Below are positions 18,796 through 32,390 of a stretch of DNA of 64,000 nucleotides, piece after piece. The stretch is from Blastocystis sp. Blastoise (taxonomy: Eukaryota; Protista; Bigyra: Opalinata). The position numbers were made by a program, and so were the translations under genes. The stretch is taken from assembly GCA_039096225.1 (NCBI GenBank), contig JBBPEB010000015.1, positions 620,001 to 684,000 on the forward strand. The letters run 5' to 3'. Positions within the stretch are counted from its first letter, which is position 1; every line of letters starts with the position of its first letter. Below the pieces are notes generated by a model. That model did not search any database and was not told the DNA's origin. It was given only the letters and a program-made list of their open reading frames with translations.

Positions 18796-19877
18796 TTACA
18801 TAACTTTAACTAACTTGACAGTAAAGATAAGTTTAGAGTTCGGGGGAATATCCGGAGGAGCGCCGCGAGTACCATAAGCAGCTTCAGGATGAATAACGAG
18901 CTTACGTTCACCGTTTTCCTTCATAGCTACAGATTATATATAGTATATTGATGTTATAGGGTATAGATAAGACATATAAAATGATAATTATGTAGATATA
19001 TAAAATAATAAAGATAATAGTAATAATAATTATATCTATATATAGACATAATGCCTTCATCCCATCCCTTAATGACTTCTCCCTTACCAATAGTAAACTT
19101 AAAGGGCTTCTTATCGCTCTTATCAAATACCTTACCATTCACTAACTTACCAGTATAATGAACAAGACATTTGCTTCCCTTCTTAGGTTGTTTACCTGTA
19201 CCAACAACAATATCCTTATAAGTAATGAATTTACCAATCTTACCAACAGTTTCTTCAGTCTTAGCTTTCTTAGCAGGAGCTTTTTCTTCTTCAGCCTTTC
19301 TCTTTACAGGTTCAGCAGGTTTTTCTTCCTTAGGTTTTTCTTCTTTCTTAGCAACTTCCTTCTTAGGTTTTTCTTCTTTCTTAGGTTTTTCTTCTTCTTT
19401 TTCTTCTTCTAATTCAGGTTCTTCTTCTTCTTCTTCTTCTTCTTCATCATATTCTTCTTCATCTTCATCACCTTCTCCTTCACAACTACTACATTCTTCT
19501 TCATCTACAGCAGCAATAATAACACCTATTTAGATATAATAATAATAATTTAATAATGAATATATTTATAAAAATATAAAAGAATATAATTATATACCAG
19601 TAATATCAACAGCATTCTTACCAACGACTTTGAATAAAACAGTCTCATCAGTAGGGAAATAAGTAAAATCACCAGAAGCTTGAGGGATCTTGTCATTTAA
19701 AGTACATAAGGTGTAAGACACATTATTAACTTCACATTGAACAATGGTTTCTCCTTTAGCTTTTTCTTTAAGAGCAATATTAGAAATATGAAGTTCACTT
19801 AAATCTAAACTGACAGCTTGAGGTTCATCAGGATTGATTGTAAGTCCAAAGAATTGTTCCATAAAAGGTTGATCCAT
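18796..19877 (-). CDS. Nucleoplasmin-like domain + acidic/Lys-rich linker + FKBP-type PPIase (Fpr3/Fpr4/FKBP53 family), 3 exons
   Basis: N-term [30 protein letters not shown] (NPL domain). C-term [70 protein letters not shown]. The last intron needs a CT donor (see findings). Confidence 0.93.
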
Positions 19878-20366
19878 GTTGAGTTGATCTTCTACAGAAT
19901 AAAAATTTATTTGATTTTTGTTTCTAGTGGATATAAAAGAGAAGTTCACTTATTTTACTTCACTTTAAAAGTCTAGAAAATCATAGAAATTTCGAGAAAA
20001 TGACTAGAGAATTTTTGTAGAAATTGAAGTGTATATTTTTGTGGGAATTACCATATGTCTATAAAGAAGGTTTTTTGTGAAAAGTAAACATAGTCTATCA
20101 TAGTTTATAATAAGCATATAGATATAAACATATGTAGCAGCTTATAGTAAATTATTTAAATAAATATCAGCTAGATATCAAGTTTAAAACACTGTTTAAA
20201 AACTATATATATAAAAACTATGATTTTTTTGTTTTAATCGTGGGGATATCTAGATAATGAATATACTTTTTCTAAATTTCCATGATAATAAATACAATTC
20301 TATGTCATATACATTTTATCATTTATTTGACTTATTTATATTTATATAACTCGTTATACATTGTAG

Positions 20367-21199
20367 ATGAGTAACCCTTCAAAACCAAAAGAAACAAATA
20401 ATTATCTTCTTGCTTCTCTCAAAGAGTCAGACCCTTGTATTAAAGAGATCTTAGGTCAAGCAGGAAGATGTGCATTATACAGATATGTTCAACGAAAATT
20501 CGTATTTGTTTGTTTCTTATTAATAACTCTTGTTAATCATTTTATTACATAATGGTGATATTAAATTAATGAATTATAGTTCCTTATGGATGTTAGTGGA
20601 CCCGTGTATTTCATAAAACGGTATATGTTCATAATTTATCATACCAACTATTAATAAATAGTACAAAAGAACCATTTTATCAATTGATGATTGTAAATAC
20701 AAAACATAAGAATGAAGATAGTAACTTTTTATTAAATTTAAATGAAATAGAAGAATATGAAACTATTGATAATTATTTATATCTCAATCATTCACAAGTA
20801 AACTTTTGTTTTTATTTATTTATTATATTATTTGTTTATTATATTATTTGTTTATTATTTTATTATGTTTATTTATTATTTTATTATTTTATTATTATAT
20901 TATTTATTATTTTATTTATTTTATTATTTTATTTATTTATTATTTATTATTTTATTTATTATTGTATTTATTTATTTTTTTATTATTGTATTTATTATTT
21001 TTTTTTTATTTTATTTTTTTATTATTTTATTTTTTTTATTATTTTATTTATTAATTATTATTTATTCTATATATATCCTATTACCTTATAGATACATGTC
21101 TTATGGTATCCAGAAATGGATGAATTGAAAGCATGCATATCTTATATAAAACAATATTCAAAAGCTGTATTCATAAAATCTGACTCAACAACATTATAA
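20367..21199 (+). CDS. DCP1: mRNA decapping activator DCP1-like (EVH1 domain only), 4 exons, about 136 aa
   Basis: NYLLASLKESDPCIKEILGQAGRCALYRY..MDVSGPVYFIKRTKEPFYQLMIVN..LW matches the Dcp1 pattern NL..L...DP.I..IL......ALY...DVEG.LF...R...P.Y..I.N. Introns are GT..AG. Confidence 0.75.
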
Positions 21200-21574
21200 T
21201 TATATATACATATCCATTGTACTATACTTTTCCGGTAAATAAACTTTTTTTAGATTTTGAATATATAATAGTTTTGTATGAATCATTTTAATTACTTCAA
21301 ATAATAAAATTTAACAAAACAAAATACTTGTTTAATTAACTAGTTATCCTAATACTAATAATCATTTACTATGAAGTTTTAAGGAAAATAATAGTAAATC
21401 ATCCATGGTAACATGAATTAGAATACAGAGAAATATATTATATAGTTTTAAGAAAAGTAAAATGAACTTTTTGTTCAACAAGATAATAGAAAATTTAATA
21501 TATTGTATAGTATAAAAATAATATATATTACATAATAAAATGTTATAACTAACGGAAAAAAAAATATTTATTGT

Positions 21575-24500
21575 TTAGATCTTTACAGTTTTCTTCTTAT
21601 CATCCTTAGTAGGAGTAGTAGGATTCTTCTTCTTATTAAGATTAGCATGACCCTTCTTCTTATTGTTATTACCCTTAAGACGAGCATAAAGACAGAAAGC
21701 GACAACAGCTACAATAATAATAAGAGCTATAGCTAAAACAATATAAACCCATACACCAGGACCACTAGCAGCTTCAGCAGATAAAGATATATCAGTAGAA
21801 GCAGAGCCGATATCATTAGTACAAGTAACAGTATAAGTACTGAAATCAAATGGTTCTTCAATTCTACCAACAATACTACCTGTAGTTTCTTCAAGAGAAA
21901 GACCAGCCTTTAATGCAGGTGAGATAATACACTTATAAGCAGCAGCTTGGACAACAGGAGTAATACGAATATCAGTCTTAGTACGAAGAACATAAGCAGT
22001 AGAAGTAAAAGAAACACCAGCAGGTTTCATTAACTTACAATCATTACTTTCAGCACCTAAAACACCTCCAACACAAGGCTTAGAATAAGTACCACCATAA
22101 TAAGGAGCACAAGCTTTGAAAGCTTCAGTTCCTTCAATAGCAGGACTATAACCATCTTGAGCAGGACAAGAAATAGTAACTTTAGATAAGAATAAACGAA
22201 TTTCAGCAAGTTGAATATTACCAGTACCACAAGAAAGAGAATCTAAAGCAGGTTGATTAGCACATTCAGTAGCATATAATCTATATCTATTATAAGCAAC
22301 ACTATTATAGAAACTAAATTTCTTTCCTTGTCTGAAAGCAGTAAAAATTTGATTCTTAGCATTATGTAAGACAGTCCAAGTATTACCATCATTAGAAGCT
22401 TCAAGTCTCCAAGCAGAAGGATGTCTACTATTACAATCATTAGCATTAAATACTTCATAAGCAGTAATTAATTCTTGTCTATTTTCATCAAAAGTATATT
22501 GGAAAGTAGCACCTTCACAACCACCTTTAAGTGTCTTAGTAAGAACATTATTATCCCAAACCATATCATCTCCTTCATTACCAGTTTTACTAGGTTCACC
22601 AGAAGCAACACCACCATAAACTCTATAAGAATTATCAGCTAATAAACGAAGAGAAGCATCAAATTCGTTAGTTTGAGGAATAGTAGTAAAATGATGTACT
22701 TCAATACATAATACATTACTACCAGAAACAACAGGATTATTAGCAAGAGAAATAGCATGTCTTAAAGTAGTAGCAGTTTCACGTTCACCAGTAGAAACAG
22801 TATCTTTAGTAGGAGTACCAGTAGGCATATAAGATCTTAATACTTCAACACCATTAACATAAGCAATAATACCTACTTTAGTAAGAGCAGTAATTTCAAC
22901 ACCACTATAACCAGAAATATCTTCAGAAATAGTAAAAGTCTTTCTATAATATTGAGTTTGACCATTAGGTACAGGAAGAGCACCAACAGTAGCATCAGTC
23001 CAAGTAGAATCACTGAAAGAAACAGTATTCCAGTTAGAAGCAGGTTGAGTATTGGTATTTAAGAGTTTCCAAGTAGTCTTAGTAGGTTCAACGAGATAAC
23101 CAGGAGAAATAGTAATCTTCTTAGGAGCTTCATCAGGAGATACAGTACCACTAGCAATTAAAGCACCAACACTATCATAAACTTCATAAGAACCAGAACC
23201 CCAACCAGTAGCAACTTTAGAAGTAAGAACTAAATCATATAATCTAGTAGGTTTACATAAAGGATAATTTAAGGTAGCATATTTAGCTAAATCAGTACGA
23301 GAATCAATAAGAACTTGAGTATTATATTCATATAATTGCCAACCCATATCACCAGATTCTTGAGTTTTCATAACAATAGTAACAATAGAATTAGGAGTAG
23401 TACATTCCATAATAGTTAAAGTAAATGTAGTAGTAACATCAGCACCAAGATGATTAGCAGCAGTAACAGTGAAAACAGTAGCAGATAAGGGAGTAGCAGC
23501 AATACCATGAATTCTACCATTATTAGTATCCATAGAAAGAGGATAAGGAAGAGCAGGAGATACTCTATATTTAGCATAAATTTCAGAAGATTCAGACATT
23601 TGAGGAACATATTCACCAACATAAGCAGTAATAATATTAGGAGTTAAAGAGAAAGCAGGAGGATTTAATGCTTCTAAATCTTCAACCATGATTTCAAATT
23701 CAGCAATAGCAATATAATTACCAACTAATTCTTTATCAGCAGTTTCCATAACTTCAATCTTAATTTGTCTCCAAGGTTTACTTTGAAGAGGAATAAAGAA
23801 GCATTGTCTTTCATTACGTTGTTGCCAAGATATATTATTTTCAGTAGATAAAAGAGTATAAGTTTCTAAATCATCAGAACCATAGATATTCCAATCAGAA
23901 GGATCTTGATGAGGAGCAGTAGCACCATTGGTAAGACAATATTTATTAATATAACCAGCTCTATAATTAGCATAAGAAATAGCAGCCCATTGATAAGTAG
24001 GTGAAGTTTTAAGAACTTTCCAATTAGTATCCATTCTGAAATCATATAAGCCACCAGTACTACCAGTAGAACTAGTTTGTTGAAGGCCATAAGAGTGACC
24101 AAAGAAAGCTGATTCAGACATTAATCTTAAAGTACCTTGGAAATCAACAGAATTATAAGTTTGACCAGATTTATTAATAACAGCAACAGCTAAAGTATTA
24201 AGACCAACAACAGCAGCTGATAACTTATAAGAAATTTGTTTATATTTATTATCTAATACGTCACTAATAGTAGGATCAGAAGCAGTAGTAATATCTCCAG
24301 CAGGTAAGTTCCATCTATAAACTTCAACACCATTCAAATAAACAACATAAGCTTGTCTACACTTTAATTGAATATCAATACCATGATAATTAGTTTTGGT
24401 AAGAACATTGAATTTACCTCTAAATAAGAAAATATGATTAAGAGGAGTTCCAGAATTAGTGATAGTAGCATTATAATTAGTCCAAGTAGTATCATCAAAA

Positions 24501-26518
24501 GTAGTACTATACCAACCAGCAGGTACAGTTTCAGGAATAAATTTCCAAGTGAAACCAGGATAAATAGAATACTTTGTATTTATATAATGAACAACAGTAT
24601 AACCAGTCCATAATGTACCAATACTAATTAATTCAGTTTCATCTGTTGTTCTATAGAGATTAACTAATAATAAAGCAGAAGGACTCCAACCACCATCAGT
24701 TTCATCAGTCATAGTCACTCTCCAATTACCAGCAGTATGACAAACAGTAAACACATCATTTACATTATCAGCAGTACCACCAATTTGATCTTGAATAAGA
24801 TTATTACTCTCATCATAAATGGCCCATTTTTCAGTATTTGATTGATCCTTGTTGTTCTTTTGAATCTTTACTTTAGCATTATTAGGCATTTCACAATCAG
24901 CAACAACAAAAACAACAGGAGAATCTTCAACTGTTTCAGTAAGAGCATTAACAGCAGAAATAGTATAAGTCTTAGTAGACTTTTCAACAGGAGAACCACG
25001 AATAATACCATTTTCAGACATAGTTAAACCTTCAGGAAGAGCAGGAGAAATAGAGAAGTTCTTATAACCAGTAGATCTAGGTTTAATCTTATAAATATTA
25101 GCATCAGTATATAAAGTAAATTCCTTGTTTTCATAATAAATACCATCAAGAATTTCACTATTACAAGCATTAATCTTAAATTCAGAAATTTCAAATTTAT
25201 CACTATCATAAATAGAATCAACAACTAATTTATATTGATTGTAAGAGATTTTATTAGAAGGAAGATTAAATGTCTTTTCAGTTCTTCTTTGAATAAATAC
25301 ATTATCTTCAACAGTATCTAAAAGAATCCAACTATTTCCTTTATTATTAGAACCATATAACTTCCAACTCTTAATATCATTTTCTTGCTTAGAAGCACTA
25401 CCAATAGAATAAGATCCAGCATATTCACGAGATTCATTATCGAAAGTATAAACAATACTACCAGTACCATGAATAAATGAAGTAGTACCATCATTATTAT
25501 CAAACATATTAGTACAATCAACAGGTTTACCACAAGCATGATAACATTGAGCAGAACCATAAGTAATCATATTCTTACAAGAATTTTCAGTTAAAGGAGC
25601 AATATTGACAATAGCATCAAAAGTATCCTTAGTATTCTTAATAGCATGAACTTCAATAGCAATAGTTAATTCATTTTCAGATAAATATAAAGCACGAGAA
25701 GCAGAAAAACGAACATATTTAGAAACATCAGATTCCTTAGTAGTCATTACTTTTTGACCATTAATATATAAAGTACATCCAGCAGGTTGAGTTAAGATAA
25801 CTTCAAGGAAACCTTTCTTATCTACTTCAGTAGGAACTTTAATAGAAGTACGATAATATCTAAAGCCACTAGTAAAAGTAGGCATCTTAGTACCAACAGC
25901 AGAGGACCACTTTTGATCGTCAAAAGTAGATTCACTCCAAGAATTACCAGATTGTTCTTCATCAATATATTTCCAAGTAGAAGCACTAGGAACAGTAAAA
26001 GAAGCTATACAAATATTTTTTTATTAGTAAATATTTTAATATATATAATTCTAATTAATTATCAATGTAATATAATATATATATATATACGAACAAAGAT
26101 AGCAGTATCTTGCTTATAGATAGAACCAGTAGTATAAGGCATAGTAGTACTAAGGATTTCACTACCGAAAGAAGTGATCTTAATAGTAGAAGGATATAAA
26201 GCAGTACCCCAACCATCTCCCATAGTATCTTTCATAACAACAGTATGAACAACAGAACGTAAGCAAAGTTCATAAGAATGAACAGTATCTTTGTCTTCAT
26301 TTTGACCTTGAACAGTCAAAAGATGTTTTCCATAGACATCTTCACCTTCAACAATATAGAAACTTTCTTCGTTAGCAAATTTGCTATATTGTCTTGTTAC
26401 AGTCACAGGTACATTAGGGAATACGCACTGAGAGAACGCTAAATAAAAAATAAGCATGTAAATATATGGAATAGATACCAAGAATAGCAAAGGATAAAAT
26501 GAATAAAGCAGTCTTCAT
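21575..26518 (-). CDS. ~1600-aa type I surface membrane protein with repeated galactose-binding-like, F5/8 type C-like and putative-Ig modules, 3 exons
   Basis: Signal peptide MKTALFILSFAILAFSQC (split by an intron). Three repeats of DxxGDGW-type, W...FDDxxW, PSxWxLxGSND and PALPxGLxL....G.I.G motifs, then a Cys-rich small domain, the TM segment VWVYIVLAIALIIIVAVVAFCLY and a Lys-rich tail. Confidence 0.85.
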
Positions 26519-28498
26519 TTATCTTTAGAAAATAAAAAAAAATACTTAATTTCTGGATTACAACATTAAGAGGTGAGCACCCAAGAATAGTGGATAAATC
26601 ATGAGTTATGTAGCCAGCCTATAAAATTCATATTTTTTAATTTCTCCATAATTGTATTGGCAAAAGAAATAAGACACATTTCCAATTTATTATTGGTTAT
26701 ATTCCTCTAGATATCCAATAGATATTAATTGTGTAATTCTCCTATTTAAAATAAAATAAAATAAATTCAAAGTGGCATATGATTGGAAAATTTGACAACA
26801 CGTAGAAAAAGCAAACTACCCTTTGTAGTCGAAATCGGAGTGACGAACTAGCAATTTTAATGAAAAACTGGAACACTTTCTATACATAAATAATGGATTA
26901 TCCAATGGATCTTTTCAAATGGTATGAGTGCAGATGAGTCAGAAAGAAAAAGATGAAACAAAACTTGTCATCGACAAAAAACCGCAATTATCAAAGATCC
27001 ATTGTTTTTCCATGGAACTCGCCAAAATCAAAACAACAATGTGCATTATCTTAAGATCTAATAGGGCTCCAAAGATATAAACAAGATGTCCTTTAAAAAA
27101 TAGTTCATTTATTTCTAGCATCATAGAATTACTCTCCTAGAGCCTAGTAGCTATTTTCAGAGACATCATTGTAAATTATTGTTTATTTAAGTGATGAAAA
27201 TAATTTATATATCGTAAATTAACGTTGCTATAGTTGTATGACCCAATTTACAATGCTTATATTCGAAACAACACTTTTATAAACATATGTTAAAGAAATG
27301 ACAATAAATTTTACATATCTAGGATCTTCTATAATTTTGTATTCCGTATATTTCGTAATAATTCTTATTATTAAAATAAAATAGTAGCAAACATAGGAAA
27401 AAACGAAATAGTAGTGTCAACAGAAAAGTCGGTAATTCAACATTGTCATATGTTAACTATATGCACTGAATGAATATATATATATAAGTGGATGAAAGAA
27501 AGACTATCAATTGTATATGATAATTATTTTTGAACAATGAGTTAACTAAGTGGACACTTTGAAATCAATATATTATCTTATTTCTTGTTAGTATATATAT
27601 CCTACCTCGTTGGAGTGAATACTATGTATTTTTGTATCCTATTGAAGAATGGAAGATCATCATTTTTGCGTATATATTATATGTAAGATGCACAATAATT
27701 AGTTTTTGAATGACGTGATGTAAACAACAATTTTCTTTTATTTTAATAAATAATAGGGAGAATATATAAATATAATTATATAAACAATTCTAAATTTTTA
27801 AATAAGAATCTTTTTTAATAAACATAACCCATTATTAATAGAAACTTTCATGAATTATTTATACATTATGCAATTATCTTGAATCATAATATATTATACT
27901 ACCAAGTTAGTAGGATGATTACTTTTTTACAATTATTGAATATTTTTTTTAATGCATTAAATATGATTATTTAGGCATACAAAGAGATGATATAATACAA
28001 ATATATTATTGAATACTTAGATCAATCATTATAATAAATAGTGTATTAGTATTAATCGTTCATTAGACGTATAAAAGTATGGATAATTTCTCAAATATAA
28101 TAAATATAAGTTTTTATGTCGTCTCTATGACTTTTGTAATGTAAATGTATATATTTTTTCTATAAAATAGCTAACTTCAAAATATTATTGTTTCTTAACA
28201 CTATGGATGGATCAGGTAATCTAAATACATTTCATTTTTACGATTCTAGAAATGAATAATTAAATGTTTTGAAAACACGATGTGTTATTTTGAAAAAAAT
28301 ATAAAGATGCTTTTAATTTACAATATTTACAATTCATTGATGTTTGGAATTATTAAATATGAGAATTGTAATAAAAAAAAAACGATTAAACAAAACAGAA
28401 TACAATACAAATAAAGGAAGAACAAGGAATAATGAATATAAATGAAAATGAATATACTATGACAAAAAAATTGAAATATTAAGAATTATGGATATAAT

Positions 28499-29239
28499 TT
28501 ATATATTAAATGTTTTCTTGATATCTTCAACTAGACTAACACCAGAAATATAAGTACAAATAATCATAACAACAACAAAGACAATGAAGAAACACCAGTG
28601 GAATAATCTCATCCATATATTTTCAGGAGTTTTTGATTTATGGTTATAAATAATATTTAATAAGGCGGGAAGAACTTGAGCTGCAAGAATTGATGTAAAT
28701 GAACCAATTACATAGAATTAAGAAAATAAATATTAAGTAATATATTCTATATATACAAATTGGAATAGTTTATGAATTATGAAAAATATAATGAATTACA
28801 ATATACTACAAAATTAAATATATAACTATAAATATAAAGAAATATGTGAATAAAATTATATAAAAAATAAGGATATCAAAACTAAGAACAGATCCGAAGA
28901 AAGGTACACAAATGGAGATAACAGAGATAATAATGACTTGTAGCCATCTGAAGAAGACTCTATTAAAGTCAGACACAAATGGACCCATTGTCTTTAAGTT
29001 TTTAAAGTTAGCTTCTGTGATTTCTAGAATTCCCATGAAAAGAAGAGGATATCCACCAATACAAGAAATAATCATAGCAATGCATATGATAATATTTTCA
29101 ACAGAATTTTTATTAAGATTGTTTAATATATTTGATTGAAGACCATTAGGATCGTTTTGAAACATGAGGAAAAGAGGAAGACCCGTTCCTATATGAGTAA
29201 ATATATAATGATTACTGGCTTAGAATAGTATTTGAAAAT

Positions 29240-29310
<71 letters not shown>

Positions 29311-29329
29311 TTAGAAAAAAAAAAAAAAA

Positions 29330-29379
<50 letters not shown>

Positions 29380-30887
29380 TTAGAAAAAAAATAAATATAA
29401 TAATAATAATAATAATAATAAATATAATAATACCTAAATAAATAATAGTCATAAGAAGAAGAGTAATAAGAATATTTCTTGAAGATTTCTTTTGATGAGA
29501 AGGACGCATAGATTTCTTAATAAGAAAAATAAAAATAGTATATTTATGTATGTATAAATAGGTTAGATTTTAAAATAGAATATAAATAAACATACATAAA
29601 GAGGGAATAGGAAGAAAACATAACCAAGGGAATACACAAAGACTCCAAGTTGAGATAGAAGAGCTGTAGCACTTTGAGGATATAAGTTTTGTTGAGTGAA
29701 TGTAAGACCATAATCAATACCTCCACGACTATAATAATAAGAAAGAAATAGTAGATAATTATTATTTTGCTTTTAGTAGTATAAGAATTCTATTCATTAA
29801 TATGAGTATATAATTATATACATGAAAAGGATAATAAAAGAAGCAATTAGAGCAAATAATCCAAAGGATGAAACATAGACTAGAGGACTATATAGAAGAT
29901 CAAATATGTAAATAAATATTATATTTATTATATTATATTAGAATATATTATAAAATAGTACTCTGTATTTTTGAATGTAACGAGGATCCCAGCAATTATT
30001 GTAATAACAACGCAACATACAATACGAATGACTAAAGGATCTGCAGTAATACCTATATAATAATAATAATTGATAATTATATGAATAAAATAATAATAAC
30101 AATAAGTATAATAATAATAATAATAATAATAAAAATAAAAATAATAATAAAAATAATAAAAAAAAATAATAATAGTAATAATAATAATAAATATAGTAAT
30201 AATAATAATAATAAACCTACCAATACGATCATAGGGAAGGTTGGCTGCGAAATCAGTAGAGACTACCTATATATACATCATATAGAATAAGAAAGAATAT
30301 TAATATACCATAGTACCAATAGATGATCCCCATAAAGTGACAAGAATAGTGAATAAAATAAGATAATAACCAAAGTTACCCATAAGAACTGTAACTATTT
30401 TGACAAAATCACTGTCTACTTTTAATTTTGAATTCTCTTTATTATCTAATTGAGAGTTAAGAACTTTCTTAAATTTTAATAATGTATTTCCACCATAAAG
30501 ATAAGATAAAGCAATGACAACATATAATACCACTGATAATATTATACCCATTTGAGAACAAGCATAAGGAACAGCTAAAGATCCAGTACCAGCTATACCT
30601 TTCATCAAATTAATAATAAATTGAGTTGAAGTCAAACCACTTTCTTGCGAAGGAACAGATATGGATACAATTTCCTTATCTTCTTCTCCAGATGGTTTTC
30701 TTTCTGTTGTTGGCTGTTGAGTCTTCACTGAAGTCTCTGGTGTTGTCGATTTAACTTCTGTATCATTCATTTTTTGACTTTCTGAAACTATTTTCAATTC
30801 GTTATTCACATTAATATCAACCTTAGCGATAGATGTATCCTGATTATCAGTTACTTGATTTGAAATTATTTCTGTTTGACCTTCCAT
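28499..30887 (-). CDS. Amino-acid transporter (Aa_trans/AAAP, SLC36/38-like), 8 exons
   Basis: FIINLMKGIAGTGSLAVPYACSQMG signature, multiple TM segments, KSMRPS, GYPLLF and FGSVLSFVGS. The last intron is U12-type. Confidence 0.9.
28708..28876 (-). other. U12-type (minor spliceosome) intron with AT-AA termini, 169 nt
   Basis: 5' site ATATCCTT; branch-like TTTCTTAAT about 10 nt before the 3' end TGTAA. Removal restores VLSF-V-GSFTS, and no in-frame GT..AG solution was found. Confidence 0.8.
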
Positions 30888-32390
30888 TTACTAATTTCAT
30901 CTAGTAAGGGATAACAAAATATATACTATAACTCTTTATTCAATATAGTCAATGTATAAATAGAAAAACGTTTCTAAAACTAAAAGAGATGTTCTTCAAA
31001 CGAAACAAAATTATTATAAAAACGAGAAACAGAGAATTGCTAAAATGTTTGAGTATTCCTGAAAAAGCCTCAGTTCGACTGAATCACACCAATAGAAAAA
31101 CTGAAAAAATAAAAACATCCAATATAAATCAAGACAACTCAGAATTGGAGTAAAGAATTTCTATTTGTTTATTTACCATTCGTTTTAACATTATGAGCAA
31201 TCAATATATATATTAATTCATACCATGGACAATAATTCAATAAATATATGAATTGATTTTATTGAATCAACACTAGTATCAACTCCATTGCTTCTTGAGT
31301 ATTTGAAAGAATTATGTAATCTCTCACTCAGAGAGTCAAAGACTTATTCTTACTTAAAAGAATTGTATGAAATGTTTAATGATCAACAGAAATTTTTTTT
31401 TTTTTGATACTATACTTTACCAAAATATGATATAATAAAAACTATAAAAAGGATAGTTTTAATGGTATGACTTAAACTACGAATGATCATCTTTCTAAGG
31501 TAATTATTGTCATTCATTGACAAATATTGAATAAAACTTTATAACTGATATAAAGTGGAATGTGTTTATTATAAATAAAATCACAACCGATTAATATTGT
31601 TTAAATTGAATTCATGATTAGTTTTTTAAATATAGAAAATCGCATTTTATAATATATTATATTTATCAACAATAGAAACAACTAATGGTTATCTTCGAAA
31701 CAATATAAACAAGAAGAATATTCTCAATTTTGTTGAATGTAACATTCACTCTTTTCTATTAAACGTACTTTCTATAAGCTAGATATTTCCCCAAATCTTG
31801 ATGATCCCATTTATTAATAGGATTATAGATTTTTAGATACTCTTTGAACTGATCTTTCCATTGGACTCATTCAAACAATAATGTATCAATGATTATAAGT
31901 CAATTTGCGTTCTCATTATAATTCTTACATATAAACTGTTTCTTTTAAAGTAACATCAACTAAAACAAATTGCTAATTCAACATAACAATAAATATACTA
32001 TACTCAAAATATCATGTATCGAATATGCATGAGTGACGCATCTCTAATTAAAGAATATACCCTTTATATATTGGAAAAATACAGCAAAACAAAGAAACTG
32101 GTCATTTCTTTTTAAAAGTGAACATTTCTTTTTTATGTTCGAGAACATAAAAAATAATCACGATTATTCTTCTAGAAAAACGGAAGTTTTTTTATCCACA
32201 AAATAAGGTGCCAGGTCATCCATCCTAATTGAGCCAATCAAATTGCAGAAGAAAGTTCTTAAATTATTTCATTAGTAATTTGTATACTTTGATGACGTGT
32301 AAAAGATAACATAAATGATTACTACTATTGTTTTATAATTATTTATTTTTTATTTCTTTGAATATTTTTAATAAAGAGATTTGTGATACT

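Noticed and set aside
20806-21128. Hydrophobic F/I/Y/L ORFs resembling membrane proteins
   Set aside because: They lie in a T-rich DCP1 intron. The same applies to T-rich UTR ORFs at 2955-3200, 4450-4719, 33994-34221 and 53428-53646.
22243-25560. Several 60-80 aa overlapping Leu-rich ORFs
   Set aside because: Shadow frames caused by strong T-ending codon bias in the surface protein exon.
26530-28380. About 1.9-kb gene-free interval with short ORFs (26939-27124) and a GTGATGA C-box-like word at 27191
   Set aside because: No splice-consistent frame, no D box at a suitable distance, and no terminal repeats or transposase traces. An ncRNA cannot be excluded without Infernal or RNA-seq.
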